A DNA stretch of 59,920 bases, filler included, from Dugesia japonica (GCA_001938525.1; 5 parts of 5 records of this genome joined end to end with filler, not necessarily neighbours in it); one strand, 5' to 3'. Positions 1-12,960 are shown, counted from the whole stretch's first letter. Notes: generated by a model from the letters alone, not told the origin. Numbers and translations are program-made.

Positions 1-556
1 TTAGATCCTTAAAAACATTATTAGTTAATGAATTATGTATATCATTTTCAAATAATACTCTGATTTACTAAATTCAGGAAGACAGTTTATTTGAATTTTT
101 ACAATTTCCACTAATGTCATAATTTTCACTTATATATTGTAGTGATATTAGTAGAAATTGTAACATTGTACGTTCTTTANAAAACATTAATTTCAAAATT
201 TCCACTTATTTCCTCCGTATATATATTTCAGTTTAAATTAATGAAATAATTTTAATTTTAAATTATTTTTTATACCATTTTCCGTTCAATTGCAACATTT
301 TTCGGACTGTTAAAAATAACAAAATATAATATTTATGGTTATTAGTGCATTTCGGCCACACAATTAGTTTTATTTTGGACAATAAGTCAAAAATATCCAA
401 AGGCATCTTCCGAAGTTATTCTTTCGGCTTTTGTAATCATTAAATTTAACAGTATTGTTTATTCATCACCTCTGAATCTAGGATGGATGCAATTTATAAT
501 TTTGATAAAGTATTTTCTATCGAATTTAAAAAATAAGTAACAAATAAAGTTTTAAA

Positions 557-765
557 ATTGCAATTATTGCGAGATTAATTGTTGGACGTAACCATTGATC
601 GTTTTNTTCAGAATTCATTTAAAAATAAAAGCTTCGGTCAAATTTTGTTTTTTTTTGTCAGATGAATTCGATATTTGTCTTCGAAAAAACAGTCAATTCC
701 TGACGAAAACAAAAATCGAATTAATCTCAAAAAAACAAATTTTGATCGACGCTTTTATGTTTAAA
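557..765 (-). mobile_element. Palindromic Penelope-pLTR-like short element, copy A (hammerhead internally deleted)
   Basis: Shared tail (CAATTATTGCGAGATTAATTGTTGGACGTAACCATTGATC) plus inverted arms AAAAGCTTCGGTCAAA...TTTGATCGACGCTTTT. CTGACGA core remnant at about 700-706. Confidence 0.7.
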
Positions 766-1285
766 AAATAAAGTAAATATATTTTTCAAGCTGAAAAAAA
801 TAATTTAAAACAAAATTTTGCATATTTTTAATACAGTTAACTATTTTCAGTGACTAAAGAATTAAAAATTTTCAATGAATTATTTCGCTATATTTATTAT
901 GTATTATTTCGTTACAGAAATGTAAAATTAAACATATGATACTAATGAAACAGTTTAATTAATTTTATATATTACTTATATAGATTTATTTCACTCAGTT
1001 GATCAAGTTTATAAAAAAATTTAGTGAATCTAACAAATTTTCTTCTATCATTTCGAATAATTTTATAGGAACGTTGATATTCATTAGACAAAATTGCACA
1101 TTTTCGATATTTTTCAAGTAAAAATGAAATTCTTTGCAATTTTAAATATTTAGATAATTTTAAATTTTCGAAAAAAAATATCCGAACATCTAAATAAATA
1201 AATGAATAAATATATAATTATGAAATTTTACTAACAACTATTCATCTCATTAGATTTTAAGTAATGTTTGATATTGATTTTTCAG

Positions 1286-4200
1286 TGGTTGATAGAAAAT
1301 AAATTTGTTCTGAAATTAGCAAAATTACTGGGATTCACAGAATATGTAAGTGAATATATAGGTTTATATTGTCATGTATGAGTATAATATAGAGAAACAA
1401 TTCTGTTCAATTGATTTTCTATAACATACTTTGGTTTATGTCGGCTGGATTGACAAACAAAAGTATTTCTGCTGAGCTGATTACCCATTTAAACGAGTAA
1501 AGAACTTTATTTTTTAGTGCTATTTTATTACTATTTAAATAGAATTAATTTAATTAAGGTAATAAATCAATTAAATCAAATAAATTAAGGTAATAGATCT
1601 CATTTTGAGATCTGGTAAAAGATCTGCTCTAGAAATTATTTAAAATATAGAATGTTAATATCATCCTTCATAATTTTATATCTAAACATCCATTCCGTTA
1701 AAACTCACTAAGTAATTTCTTTATTATACTCATTTTTTATGATTCCAATATGACTTAATTGCTTGTTTGTGAACTGCTGTCATAGGATAAACAAAGTTAA
1801 TTTTGTGGTTTTGCAGAATTACATGGATTCTGAGGGAGAATATGGTGTAGGAAGCATTTCCCGGCCTTTATTGGCGATATATTTGAAGACACGACACTCA
1901 TTATCGTGGTGGAAGACGATATGCTTTTTTTGTCACGATTGCAGCGTGGATGCGGCAAAGTTAAACCAGATGACCGTCACTGTTGTTATTTAATTGTCGT
2001 TTTTTCCGGAATCCACAATCGTCGTTATTCCACCAATAACAAATTTCTTTTGAGATGATTTTCCAATGGATAATTCCGTTTCTGTCCCACCAAATACACC
2101 ACGGTGTCTTTGGTTTAAACACCTGTTGAAACACAAATCCTCTTTCTTTTCATGTTTTTTTTTTCATCCCCAGTAAGGAGATTCTTCAGGTTTCGGTGCA
2201 GCAAAATCTCTCCACTAATGCTCCAATTCCGACTATTGTCTCAATTTCCACTAATATTCTATTTCTCTTTTCATAAAAGTACATTTGTTTGGGTTGGTTC
2301 TCAACCCTGCTATCAATATCTAGCAACGGGCCAATCACCTGATAATGTCCAGATATACGATCGTTGCTCGAATTCCCTTAAATGAAATCTTTGGGGTTGC
2401 GGCTATTCCAAATGACATCCTAGTGAAACAGTATTGTCCTTGCTTCACGGAGAATGTTGTATTCTACTGGGACTGTATCCAATTTCATCTGGTAATATGC
2501 ATTCCCCAAGTCTATAGAGCTAAAAGAAATTTCCCCACTCAAAGTATCCAACATTTTATCCACATTTAGCATACGGAAAACCTGTCTCCGCAATTTCTTT
2601 CAATCTTCTAAAATCCAAGCATAACCTAATGTTTTTTCTTTTTTCTCCTGATATCGTTTGCAAATCAATTCTTGATCACTTCATAAGTCTATATGACTCA
2701 CACATTAATCGGTACCCATTTCGTGTTGATGGTAGGTGTCTTGCTCACATCCTATTTGTCCGCCATGAAAACCTCTCGCCTCAATCTACATATCTCTATC
2801 AATGGCTTGTTACCTCCCCAATCTATGCTACTCTTTGCTTTCTCCCAACTTTCCTCAATACCAATTTGTCTTCCAAATTTCGCCTCCACGTTACAAATAT
2901 AATTTTCTCCTTCATACTCACTCCTCCCTTTTTCAATTTGCTCTAAACGAAACCCAAAAATGGCATTTGCCAATAATTTTCACTAATGTCATTATTTTCA
3001 CTCATGTATTTTAGTGATATCTGTAGAAATGATGAAATTAGAACTGTAAAAACATTAATTTCNNNNNNNNNNNNNNNNNNNNNNNNNNNNNNNNNNNNNN
3101 NNNNNNNNNNNNCCAAGCATAACCTAATGTTTTTTCTTTTTTCTCCTGATATCGTTTGCAAATCAATTCTTGATCACTTCATAAGTATATATGACTCACA
3201 CATTAATCGGTACCCATTTCGTGTTTATGGTAGGTGTCTTGCTCATATCCTATTTGTCCGCCATGAAAACCTCTGGCCTCAATCTACATATCTCTAACAA
3301 TGGCTTGTTACCTCCCCAATCTATGCTACTCTTTGCCTTCTCCCAACTTTCCTCAATACCAATTTGTCTTCCAAATTTCGCCTCCACGTTACAAATATAA
3401 TTTTCTCCATACTCACGCCTCCCTTTTTCAATTTGCTCTAAACGAAACCCAAAAATGGCATTTGCCAATAATTTTCACTAATTTCATTATTTTCACTCAT
3501 GTATTTTAGTGATATCTGTAGAAATGATGAAATTAGAACTGTAAAAACATTAATTTCTTAAGCTTATAAAAATATTTCTGAAATTTTATATTGAGAATTT
3601 TATAAAATAATTCATGTATTTTTATATTCATATTATTGTAGACAAGAATTCCTCAGTATACTTTTCTCACACATTTCGAATATTTCATCAGATTCCAGTT
3701 TAGTTTACACATGTTTGCAAATTATTAAAAATATAATTGAACTAGAAATGTATTATTTATAATTTATTAAAAATATAATTGTTTTTTAAAAAATATTAAC
3801 ATAGTAAAAAGAAAGAAGGAACCATGGTGGTTTGTTTGGATTTAGTTAAGGAACATTTTGCATCTTTAATTAGATTATTGAAAGAGCCGCCAAAAGTATA
3901 TTTTATTAAAATATAATTTTATTTCTATAATCTTTACGACAGCAAATGTATGACTCGATGCCTACAACTGTTGGTATTTGTCGCCCTTTTGGACCTACTA
4001 GAATCGAAATAGTAAATTTGATAGAATGTTTATTGAAACTGGAAAAATCTGATATTAATGATGTGATAATTGATTCTGGAGTTCTTATTATTTTTCTCGT
4101 ATGTTTATCCATTTCCCTGAATTGTAAAAACATTTTACCCATATTAGGATTACGTTTCCGAGTATCAATGGAATTCACAATTTCATTTAAGTTTATTCAA

Positions 4201-7200
4201 AGTTGTTAAAGTGATTTTTTCTGACTTGTCTGAAGAAAACAAATATTTTCGGTTGCAAACATATTTAGTTCAGAATGCTAGAATATACCATTGGTTTATT
4301 AATTTGCAAGAACAAATGAAGTATGTGAAATTTATGGAAATCTAATTAATATGACTCAGATCAGCAAAGCCACGACCAGGATATTCTGGTATTCTCTGGA
4401 AAATCGGAAATTTGCTTGATAAATTAAAAAATAGTAATATCAGCAAAGATTTATTATCGGGTAATTTATGATAATTTTCATTGCATTTTCCTATTTAAAA
4501 TCAAGGACAACCAGATATTGAAGAACAGTGGTTACGTATTGTTGAAGAATATTTGAAACCTAAAAATATCATAACTAAAAAAGGATCAGTAAATATTTTC
4601 TTTGGAGTTTTGTTTACATTTTATTTTATTTTCAATATTTCAGTTCAAAATCGATAGTGGAATGAGAGAATTAGATTTAGAATTGAACATTGTTGAAGTA
4701 ATATTATTATTATTAATATTATTAAATATTCTGTTTAATTAAAACAATTAAGTTCGATGAAACCGGAAACGATGGGCTGGAGAATAATCAAGATGCAATT
4801 TTGTAAGTTTTAGTTAGACATGCACATTTACGTTATTGAATTTCGATACGAATTATTATTTTAATGATTTTCACAGTTATTTTCGATTATAACATTTGTA
4901 AAAATAAAGTTGAAAATGTGTGCTGCTAAATTCAGAGAAAAAACAATGTATTTTATATTTATTGAATGGGTGCCCGATCAATCGATCATGAGGTGTTTTT
5001 TTTACTAGATCTCTTCCATCTCGATTATATTTACNNNNNNNNNNNNNNNNNNNNNNNNNNNNNNNNNNNNNNNNNNNNNNNNNNNNNNNNNNNNNNNNNN
5101 NNNNNNNNNNNNNNNNNNNNNNNNNNNNNNNNNNNNNNNNNNNNNNNNNNNNNNNNNNNNNNNNNNNNNNNNNNNNNTTTTTTTTACTAGATCTCTTCCA
5201 TCTCGATTATATTTACTTGGAATCATTCGTTAAGATGTTCGGTGCCCAATCAATCGATCATGAGGTGTTTTTTTTTTTACTAGATCTCTTCCATCTCGAT
5301 TATATTTACTTGGAATCATTCGTTAAGATGTTCCTGATGAGGATAATAAAAATAATATCAATCATATGTAATCATATGTAACCTCAAAACTACGAGTGGA
5401 GAACCCATGTCCCGTGAAATTCAATACAATTTAAAAAAATTATGTTTTACTTGTGTATTATTCTTGTTTTTAATGTTGTAATAAATAATGTAACACAAAT
5501 AAATGTCAGCCATAATTAGCACGCTTAGCAATCATTTATGACACGCAGAAGACATGTTTTAATATTTAAAATCCCATCCAAAATCATTCAATTTATGAAT
5601 AGTCCACGTTATTTCTATTGGTTAAACTTGAACGTTTTTCTTCAAGAAGTACTTTCAAACTATCCAATTGTGCACAATGGCGTTCAGAATTTATTGTTTG
5701 GTTGCTTGGTAGAAGTTTTTTCATTCCAGATCAATCCCACAAAACACTTAACAAACATTATTTTGGTGTAATTCTAATATTGGAGTTGTTTCCGGAGTTC
5801 CACCTTCTTTTTTTTCCAATATCGTTTACACTGAACATAATTGTGCATAATCCATTTGTCATCGCCTGTTACAATTTGTTACAAAATGAATCTATTTTTG
5901 TTTCTAATCAGCAAAGAAATGCAAGCAGAAATTTGATCAATTATGTTTTTTGTCTGATAATACAAGTGAAACCCAAATATCGTGTGTATTTGCCTTCCAA
6001 GTGATTTTAAATGTTTTCCATTTCTATAGTTTAGATCAATGATTCTCAACCTTTTTTGGTCTAGTGCCCCCTTTTCATAAATTAATTACTCAGCGCCCCC
6101 TCTAAAAATATTTAGAATGAATTCTGTTGTTTGAAGATTGATTTTCAATATCAATTGCCATTTCATCAAATCTTCTTGACACTATNGTTCAAAGGAATTG
6201 ATTCCTATTGGAACTAATTGTAGTCATATTTTCTAAAACTTCATTAATGAATGGTATTAAATATTCCCCTATATTATGTTATTTACCACACTTGCCAATT
6301 AAAAAAGCATTCCTTTGTCCGATTGTGAGACATAATGTTTATATAGAACTAGTATTGTTACTTTTTTTCAAAGCGAAGTTTAAAGCCTTTGAAATTTTCC
6401 AAATCTTTATCTTTTTTGTCTGAATGCATACTTGAAAGATGATTCCTTAAACTTAAAGGCTTTATAGCCTCATTAGAAAAGGCTTTCTTATATATATTAG
6501 GCTCATTAATTGGCGAAGCAATGAATCCAAATTTCAATAATTAGCCAATAATCAAAAATTTATAAAAATTTTACACGAATAATATAATGATAACATATTT
6601 AATATAAAAGCTTTGATCAAAATTTTTGTTTTTTTTATTGATATTGGATAAAAATTCGATATTTCGACCTTATCTTCTTTTTAAAAAGTCAATTCCTGAA
6701 GAAGACAAGGTCAAAATATCAAATTGTTATCCAATACCAATAAAAAGACCAAAAATTGTGATCGAAGCTATCATTTTAAATGAATTCTGTAAAACGATCA
6801 ATGGTTATGTCCAACAATTATTCTCGCAATAATTACAATTGTAAAATGATAACATATTGTTGAAAAATTTTAACAATACTCACCATGAATATGCAAAGCT
6901 TATTTTAGTAAGAAATTTAATGATTTTATTTATATAAACAATAAAATACTTGCACATAAGTATTTCTTTCAAATAATATCTTCAAAAATACTAAACGCAC
7001 TCTAATTTTGAAAAACACCCCCTTGAAAATCAAATTTGCTTTCAGCGCCCCCTTACCGTAAACTTTCGCCCCAAAAGGGACGATATCGTCCAGGTTGAGA
7101 ATATATAACCAAAAAATATAACTCCAATTTCCCGTGTTGATATTTGGGGATATTTTCCAACTAGTTCCTTGATTTTGTCATTATTAAGAAATGTGTTTCT

Positions 7201-8600
7201 TCAGCACGAAATTTTGTAAACCATATTCGAACATTCCGTTCCTCTCCATGAACATTGAAGTATTTTTTCCTCTTTTAAATTAATGAAGCATGCACCTATT
7301 CTCACAATGTATTCAGTGTTGCAAACGAGCATGATTTCGAGAACAAATTGAATTCCGCCGAGGTTCAAAACTCGACAACATTTCATCATCAATTTTTAGA
7401 AGTCTTTCATGATTTTTAATTTTTTTATTTAATTTCAGTTAATGTTTCATTATAGTAATTTTAATTTTCTATATTACATGAAATATAAATGCTAAAAATC
7501 GGCAAAACATTATGCACCAATACTATATATTATATATTGTAGATAAGGTAAATTTATTCGACTTGTTTCAGAAAATATTATTGGCACGCCGAATGATATT
7601 CTATGTCGACAAAAGGTTGCCACCGACCCTCGGATTTATCCGAATAATAATGAATTTTTTAGTGAATCTTATCGTTTTCCTGTTTCTCCATTAATTGTAA
7701 AGTCATAACGCCTCAAACATATCACCAAACGTTTAGTATAATCTTCTTTCGGTGAAGTTCTGGTGTTGGAGTTGGATCGCAGTTCAACCGCTGATTATTT
7801 GCGATTGTCATAAAAAAAATAATTTTTCATCACACGTGGTTGAGAAATTAAACATTGTTCCAGAAAGGTAGCGACGAGCGCACTTCAAAATGCCGAAATT
7901 AAAGAAATTCTTTTTAATATTAGGCTTTCAAAATAAGCATCGTTATAAATACTTTTCGTTATAAAAAAGAACTTAAATATAATCTCCTTTATACTGTATT
8001 ATTTATTCTTCGGATGAAAATTTGGACGTAATATGGGAAAATGGATTAAAATCTTCAAATATTTAAATTTTCCATTTTTTAAGATTTATTAAAAATGTTT
8101 ACATTATTTTTTTTAATTAGTGATACATTTCGGGCTAAATCTGATAAACTGGATGATATATTTAGCAAATCCTTAATGCATAGTAAATCAGATAATTTCG
8201 ATGAAATTTTTGAGAAGTCTTTGTTAAATTCTACTGACGAGGAATGGGTTGTAAATGAGCTGGAAATGCCTTGTGCTCCTGTTGATGATTTTGTTGGTAA
8301 TTCTAAATCAGCTATAGATTCTGATGAATCAACAAGTTCCGACGAGGAATCTCCTGCAATCGTTTTGCAAAAACCACATGGTAAAGCGGCTAAATATATA
8401 TTATCAGGTAATTTGAAGTAAAATGTTTTTCATTTTTTTGTAATAATTTAGAAGTACGTGCAAACTCGATTTGTGACTTGTCGGATCTACCAGATGTCCC
8501 AGATTCAACTGATATAGAATTTTCTCCCTTGGATTTCACTGATCCTTGGGAAAAGAATCCTTCAGATAATTTAATGCAAGACAACTGGGCGAAATTTTAA
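1286..8600 (+). CDS. PPP6R: SAPS-domain protein / PP6 regulatory subunit (PPP6R/SIT4-associated family), 3' part, 12 exons
   Basis: Phase-consistent GT-AG exons 1286-1345, 1393-1496, 3642-3749, 3805-3895, 3943-4098, 4148-4320, 4360-4460, 4506-4588, 4644-4697, 4753-4802, 8121-8380, 8452-8600(TAA) give one open frame. SAPS-like motifs: WLIENKF, LLKEPPK, MPTTVG..PFGPTRIEIVNLIECLL, EYQWNSQFH, RPGYSGILWKIGN, acidic DSDESTSSDEE tail, terminal WAKF. 5' exons not resolved. Confidence 0.85.
1589..2050 (-). mobile_element. Merlin (IS1595-like) transposase remnant
   Basis: Frameshifted minus-strand peptides FVIGGITTIV, STTIMS, NHKINFVYPMTAVHKQAIKSYWN and EWMFR resemble Merlin VNHS.FVDP.TG.HTQ.IES.W...EFMWR. 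Possible GGTAAT terminus at 1589. Confidence 0.55.
2050..2240 (-). mobile_element. mariner transposase fragment
   Basis: LLTG(D)EK (frameshifted) and PKTPWCIWWDRNGIIHW on the minus strand. Confidence 0.55.
2260..3470 (-). mobile_element. Ty3/Gypsy pol (PR-RT junction and RT) degenerate fragment, partly duplicated across gap
   Basis: VFMADK, IRLCLDFRRL, GQYCFTRMSFGIA, IVYLD. 2615-3062 is repeated near-identically at 3113-3557. Confidence 0.8.
4966..5345. repeat. ~95-bp tandem repeat spanning an N gap
   Basis: Unit GGTGCCC(G/A)ATCAATCGATCATGAGGTG(T)nACTAGATCTCTTCC...AAGATGTTC seen at 4970, 5178 (partial) and 5241. Confidence 0.75.
5540..6030 (-). mobile_element. mariner transposase remnant
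   Basis: Minus-strand QIVTGDDKWIMHN (TGDEKW motif) near 5840-5880; the rest is frameshifted. Confidence 0.6.
6037..7105 (-). mobile_element. Buster/Charlie-type hAT deletion derivative
   Basis: TIR-like CAATGATTCTCAACC (6037) and GGTTGAGAAT (7093-7102). Minus-strand LKFGFI..FSNEAIKPLSLRNHL..HSDKKDK, LIGKCGK*HNIGEYLIP and VSRRFDEMAIDIE match the ZBED5/Buster N-terminus. Confidence 0.8.
6598..6840 (+). mobile_element. Palindromic pLTR-like element, copy B, with hammerhead motif (nested in hAT)
   Basis: Arms ~6600-6677 and ~6700-6780, tail 6781-6840. CAATTC-CTGAAGA-A-GAC-AAG-GTC-(A)AAA-TATC-(A)AATTG at 6690-6726; the opposite arm keeps GTCGAAATATCGAATT. Confidence 0.75.
7640..7900 (-). mobile_element. 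mariner transposase fragment
   Basis: TTCDEKL..YDNRK and PELHRKKIILNVW on the minus strand. Confidence 0.6.
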
Positions 8601-9062
8601 TTTCATGATTTCATTTCTTGGGAGATGTTAAGAAATGTTAATAAATTTTATAATTGATATGAAAATTATTTTAAATTTAAATATAATTTTTTTTATGAAG
8701 TTTAAGAATGAAGTGTGTTGTTCCATTTAAGGAATTATGAATTCGTTTGATTTCAGTAGCTAAATCATAAAAAAATGTTGATTAAAATTATAGATTATGA
8801 AGATAAAAATCGGCCAATGAATCGACGAAAGTTCTAACTCCACTCGTCATATTCACAGTAAATTTTATTTCGATAAATAGTAAACGAGAAATTGTGGGTT
8901 AACAGATAATCAGTCTTTCTCAAACTTTATTCGATTACGACACCAAAAATTTTGAATAAAACTGGTTCTAAGTATTTATTGAATAAAATTTATTCGGTGA
9001 CAAATGAGCTTGCTTACGAGAACAGATTGAATTTCGCCGAGGTTCAAAAGTCGGCAACTAAA

Positions 9063-9162
9063 NNNNNNNNNNNNNNNNNNNNNNNNNNNNNNNNNNNNNN
9101 NNNNNNTTAATTAATTAANNNNNNNNNNNNNNNNNNNNNNNNNNNNNNNNNNNNNNNNNNNN
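9063..9162. other. Artificial scaffold linker N44-TTAATTAATTAA-N44
   Basis: Six-frame stop spacer at 9107-9118; identical 100-bp structure four times in the window. Confidence 0.95.
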
Positions 9163-9356
9163 ATTTTGTTATTTTATCATAAGTATTTCTCGAAAAAATA
9201 ATTTTTCTCGACCGTTCCAACTAGAATTCGATAAATTTTTTCACGTATTAATAACGAACAATCAAAATTCTTTCATACTAGCACTTTAATTACTAGCAAG
9301 ATCGACGGCGGTGGGGGGAGTGGGGGTCGATGCCAGTGCGCTCATATCTATCTACT
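9163..9356 (-). mobile_element. Polinton/Maverick terminus (5'-AGTAGATAG family)
   Basis: Reverse complement from 9356 reads AGTAGATAGATATGAGCGCACTGG followed by a C-rich tract, matching termini at 15926 and 54333. Confidence 0.55.
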
Positions 9357-9383
9357 TATGACTTTTATCAAAGTTTGTTTTGT

Positions 9384-12360
9384 TTAAAGTTTTGACTTTT
9401 TTAACTCNAGATCGTTCTTCTTTGGCATCTTGATGTAAAGTCTGACATTGCGAACAAAGACTTCTATCCTTGAAAGTCCATCAGCATTTCTATGAGCTAC
9501 TCCTTTTCGGATTTCTAGTTCAAAATTAAATTCCGCTAGATTTGTTATCAATGTTTGAAACTGATAACTAATGGGCTTACTAGTCTTCGTCAAAAAAGTC
9601 AATGCTTTATGATCCGTTTTTGCTCTAAATTTCTTGCCATACAAATAGTGTTTAAAATACATCTTAAACTCATGTAGAGCTAACAATTCCTTGCAAGTAA
9701 CGCAATATCCTTTTTCGTGATTGTTTAAAGCTTGAGAACCATATGCTATGACCTGTTCCAATCCATTATCCGTTATTTGACTCAAAACTAGCATCAGTAT
9801 CCAAAATAATTTCGCCCCTATTATTTGGGAAAGTCAACATCGGANCACTACACAATTTTATCTTCAAAGATTGAAAACTATCCTGACATTCTTTTGTCCA
9901 TTCAATGTTCTTTTCTTGTCCAGTCATCGCTGCATACAATGGTGATGCAAGTCAAGCATAATCTTTTATAAAACGTCTGTAATAATTTGTTAATTCTAAG
10001 AACGTTCGTATTTGTGTGGCGCATTTCGGCGTTACGACTTCTAGAATTTTTTTGATGATTTCATCATTTGTCTCTATACCTTTAGTGCTAATTGTATGTC
10101 CTAAAAATTCCAGCTTCTTGGAATTGAACACACATTTAATTGGATATATTTTTAAACCTGCATCTTTTAGTAGCTGAAAAACTTTACCAACTCGTTTGTC
10201 GTTCTCCTCTTTAGTTTTACCATATATTAAAATATTATATAGATATACTAATACTCCTTTGTGCAATATCCCTTCAAATATTTTATGCATCAAGTTTTGA
10301 AATGTTGCTGGTGCAGTACATAATCCGAAGGGCATTCGATTGAAACAAAATTGACCCATCTTTGTACTAAAAGCCGTCTTTAGTTTTAATTCTTCACTTA
10401 GTTCAATTTGATAATAGGCTTGGCCTAAATCTAAAGAAGAAAATAAGACTGATCCTTCAAGCGTATCTAATAATGGTTGAATATCTGGAACTGGAAACGA
10501 ATACTTTTCTGAAATTGAATTCAATTTTCTAAAATCAAGACACATTCTTATCGTCCAATCTTTCTTTGGTACAATTATCAATGGGGAATTCCATGGACTT
10601 CTGCAACTTCTTATAATATTTGATTTTCTAAGCTTTTCTAACAACTCATATATTTATTTTCCAATCCTGTCTTCTCGGACTTTTCATTATTGGAGGTCCT
10701 GTCGTTTCAACGTGATGTTCTATCAGTCTCGTATGTCCAAGATCAAATTTTGATGACATTAATATATTTTTTTAAGTTTCTCTCATTTATCTTACTTCTT
10801 GGTTGACATTATTTGAAGTATTCAAGTCATTTTTCACTTTTTCTGTATTATCGGTAAATAGATTTCCATCGTTGAGTTAATAAAACCAACTTCAGTGATT
10901 TTTCTTCCGAAGAGCTTCGATAAATTTTGGATAAATATTTCTAACAATTACTACTCCTTTCTCTCTTAGCTTCCATTTCATTGTAATTTCAGTTTAGTTT
11001 TCCCGATACATTTTTCTCCTTTTTCAGAAAACACTCCTGTTAGAACAATGTGTGACGGCGATAGATCAGGTGATCCAATTCCACTCCACACATCCGCACC
11101 CATGACTGATATTGCTGCGCCTGAATCCTACAACATCTCAATGTCATATCCATCACAACGCATTAAACTCCATTCTCTCACATCTCTCTTCTGAAACATC
11201 TTATTATAGAACATCAATTTTTCATCTCGGAGTATTTTCTCTGTTATTGCAACCTCACTGATGAGATGGTTGGGTTGCTGATAGCTTTTTTTTTATCATC
11301 ATCGTCTTAAGAAACATTGCGCATATACTCAATTTGTTCACAACTGTAAGATAACATAGCATCTTCTTCTGCAATAAATAATATCTTCGGAAATGTATAA
11401 TTTCTTATTCGAATTAATNNNNNNNNNNNNNNNNNNNNNNNNNNNNNNNNNNNNNNNNNNNNNNNNNNNNNNNNNNGACAATTCATTCTTCTATGTCTTG
11501 TATCTCCACAACAGAAACATGCTCCTGGAGCTAAAACGTCTTCGCGCGGAGGATTCTTTCCCTTGGTTTTACAATAAAGCTTATTGACTAAACACTTCAT
11601 CGAATATCGAGGACAACTATTGTTTGGGCCAATCCTTGGGTCTGAATTTCATTTGCACAATACTGATTCTCTTTGAATACAATTGGTCGACTTCTTGTAC
11701 TTGGATTCTTTTGAGTATTCATTCATGGATAAGTTTTTGAAAACTTTGACTGATACTCATCTTTCTTCACTGTNTCTGCATAGCTGTTATTTTACCACAT
11801 TAACAGAATTTGCCGGTATCAATTTATCCAAATTGTTAGCTAATTCTCGTCTTTGAATATCAGTAAGTTCTGGTTGAAGAACAANNNNNNNNNNNNNNNN
11901 NNNNNNNNNNNNNNNNNNNNNNNNNNNNNNNNNNAAATTGTTAGCTAATTCTCGTCTTTGAATATCAGTAAGTTCTGGTTGAAGAACAAAAGATTCTTTC
12001 AATTTTTCTCTTCTTATACCATTAATTACAAATATTATGCAATTTCATTTAGAGTTTTTTTACTAGCAAAAACTTCATTTACTATTTTTCTTACTCTTAA
12101 CTCAAAATTACGATATTTTTCAGTTNNNNNNNNNNNNNNNNNNNNNNNNNNNNNNNNNNNNNNNNNNNNNNNNNNNNNNNNNNNNNNNNNNNNNNNNNNN
12201 NNNNNNNNNNNNNNNNNNNNNNNNNNNNNNNNNNNNNNNNNNNNNNNNNNNNNNCATAATTCTTTCGCATCTCGTCTCATTAACATATCAAACGCGAATG
12301 ATAGCTCCATTTGATTAAACGCAGCAAATTCTTTGTAGTTTGAAACCATTCATCATCCGC
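9384..12360 (-). mobile_element. Ty3/Gypsy LTR retrotransposon internal region (gag, PR, RT, RNase H), pseudogenised
   Basis: Zn knuckle CFCCGDTRHRRMNC; protease DSGA near 11120; RT ORF 9952-10644 (SPWNSP, RMCLDFRKLN, RMPFGL, mutated YLDD); RNase H ORF 9384-9794 (KELLA, TDHKAL, NADGLSR). Confidence 0.92.
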
Positions 12361-12369
12361 TTTAGATGA

Positions 12370-12960
12370 ACCCTTGAAAATATTTATTTCTTAGTAGTTC
12401 ATGTGATACTGATTTCATTTCGTTGTTAGATTATAATCGTTTTGCTCTTATTCTTTCTCCTTTGATAATCCCGATTTTTTGCCTGGTGTTGCTGCTCCAT
12501 GGTAATATCAATCCGCTGTGAAATGGTTTTATAAATAGTTTTCTAGTCATAATTCTATTAGGTTCTTTCCGTATAAGTGTGTCAAGGAAAGATATTTGGT
12601 AATCTATTGCTTCTTCTAATGTGAATTGGATGTTACTGTTGATATTGTTGGCTATATTAAGAATATTTTNNNAGGTAGTATTAGTAATGAAGAAAATGTC
12701 ATCTATGTATCTTAGCCAAAGTTTGATTTTATTATTTCCTTTATGAATAATTTCTTTTTCAATGTGATTCATGATAATAATGGCTAATATTGGGTATAAG
12801 TTATTGCCCATAACTAGACCTTTCTTCTGTTTTCATAACTGATTTTTATGTATAATCTTGTCTGAGGTGAGACAGAGTTATTAATGACTTAAAATCATTT
12901 TTTGTAATTTCTGAAATTTCTGCATAGATCCTGTGTTCATCGTAAAATTTGCTTATAGTT
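12370..12960 (-). mobile_element. Penelope-like element reverse transcriptase fragment
   Basis: KQKKGLVMGNNLYPILA, WLRYIDDIF, NIQFTLE, SFLDTLI, KPFHS, RAKRL are typical PLE RT core/thumb motifs. Confidence 0.88.

Noticed and set aside
1595-1632. Helitron 3' end (hairpin + CTAG)
   Set aside because: CTAG is followed by A rather than T, and the region fits better as a Merlin terminus.
2615-3557. Tandem ~450-bp duplication (also 11828-11990)
   Set aside because: Near-identical copies flank ~50-N gaps; most likely unmerged contig overlaps or haplotypes.
5334-5365. CTGATGA hammerhead-like core
   Set aside because: No GAAA after a helix II and no helix I/III.
7205-7400. Possible extra exons / duplicated coding segment similar to 8990-9060
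   Set aside because: Not needed for the SAPS frame. Both segments read RFK(S/T) in a shifted frame, like mariner N-terminal HTH fragments.
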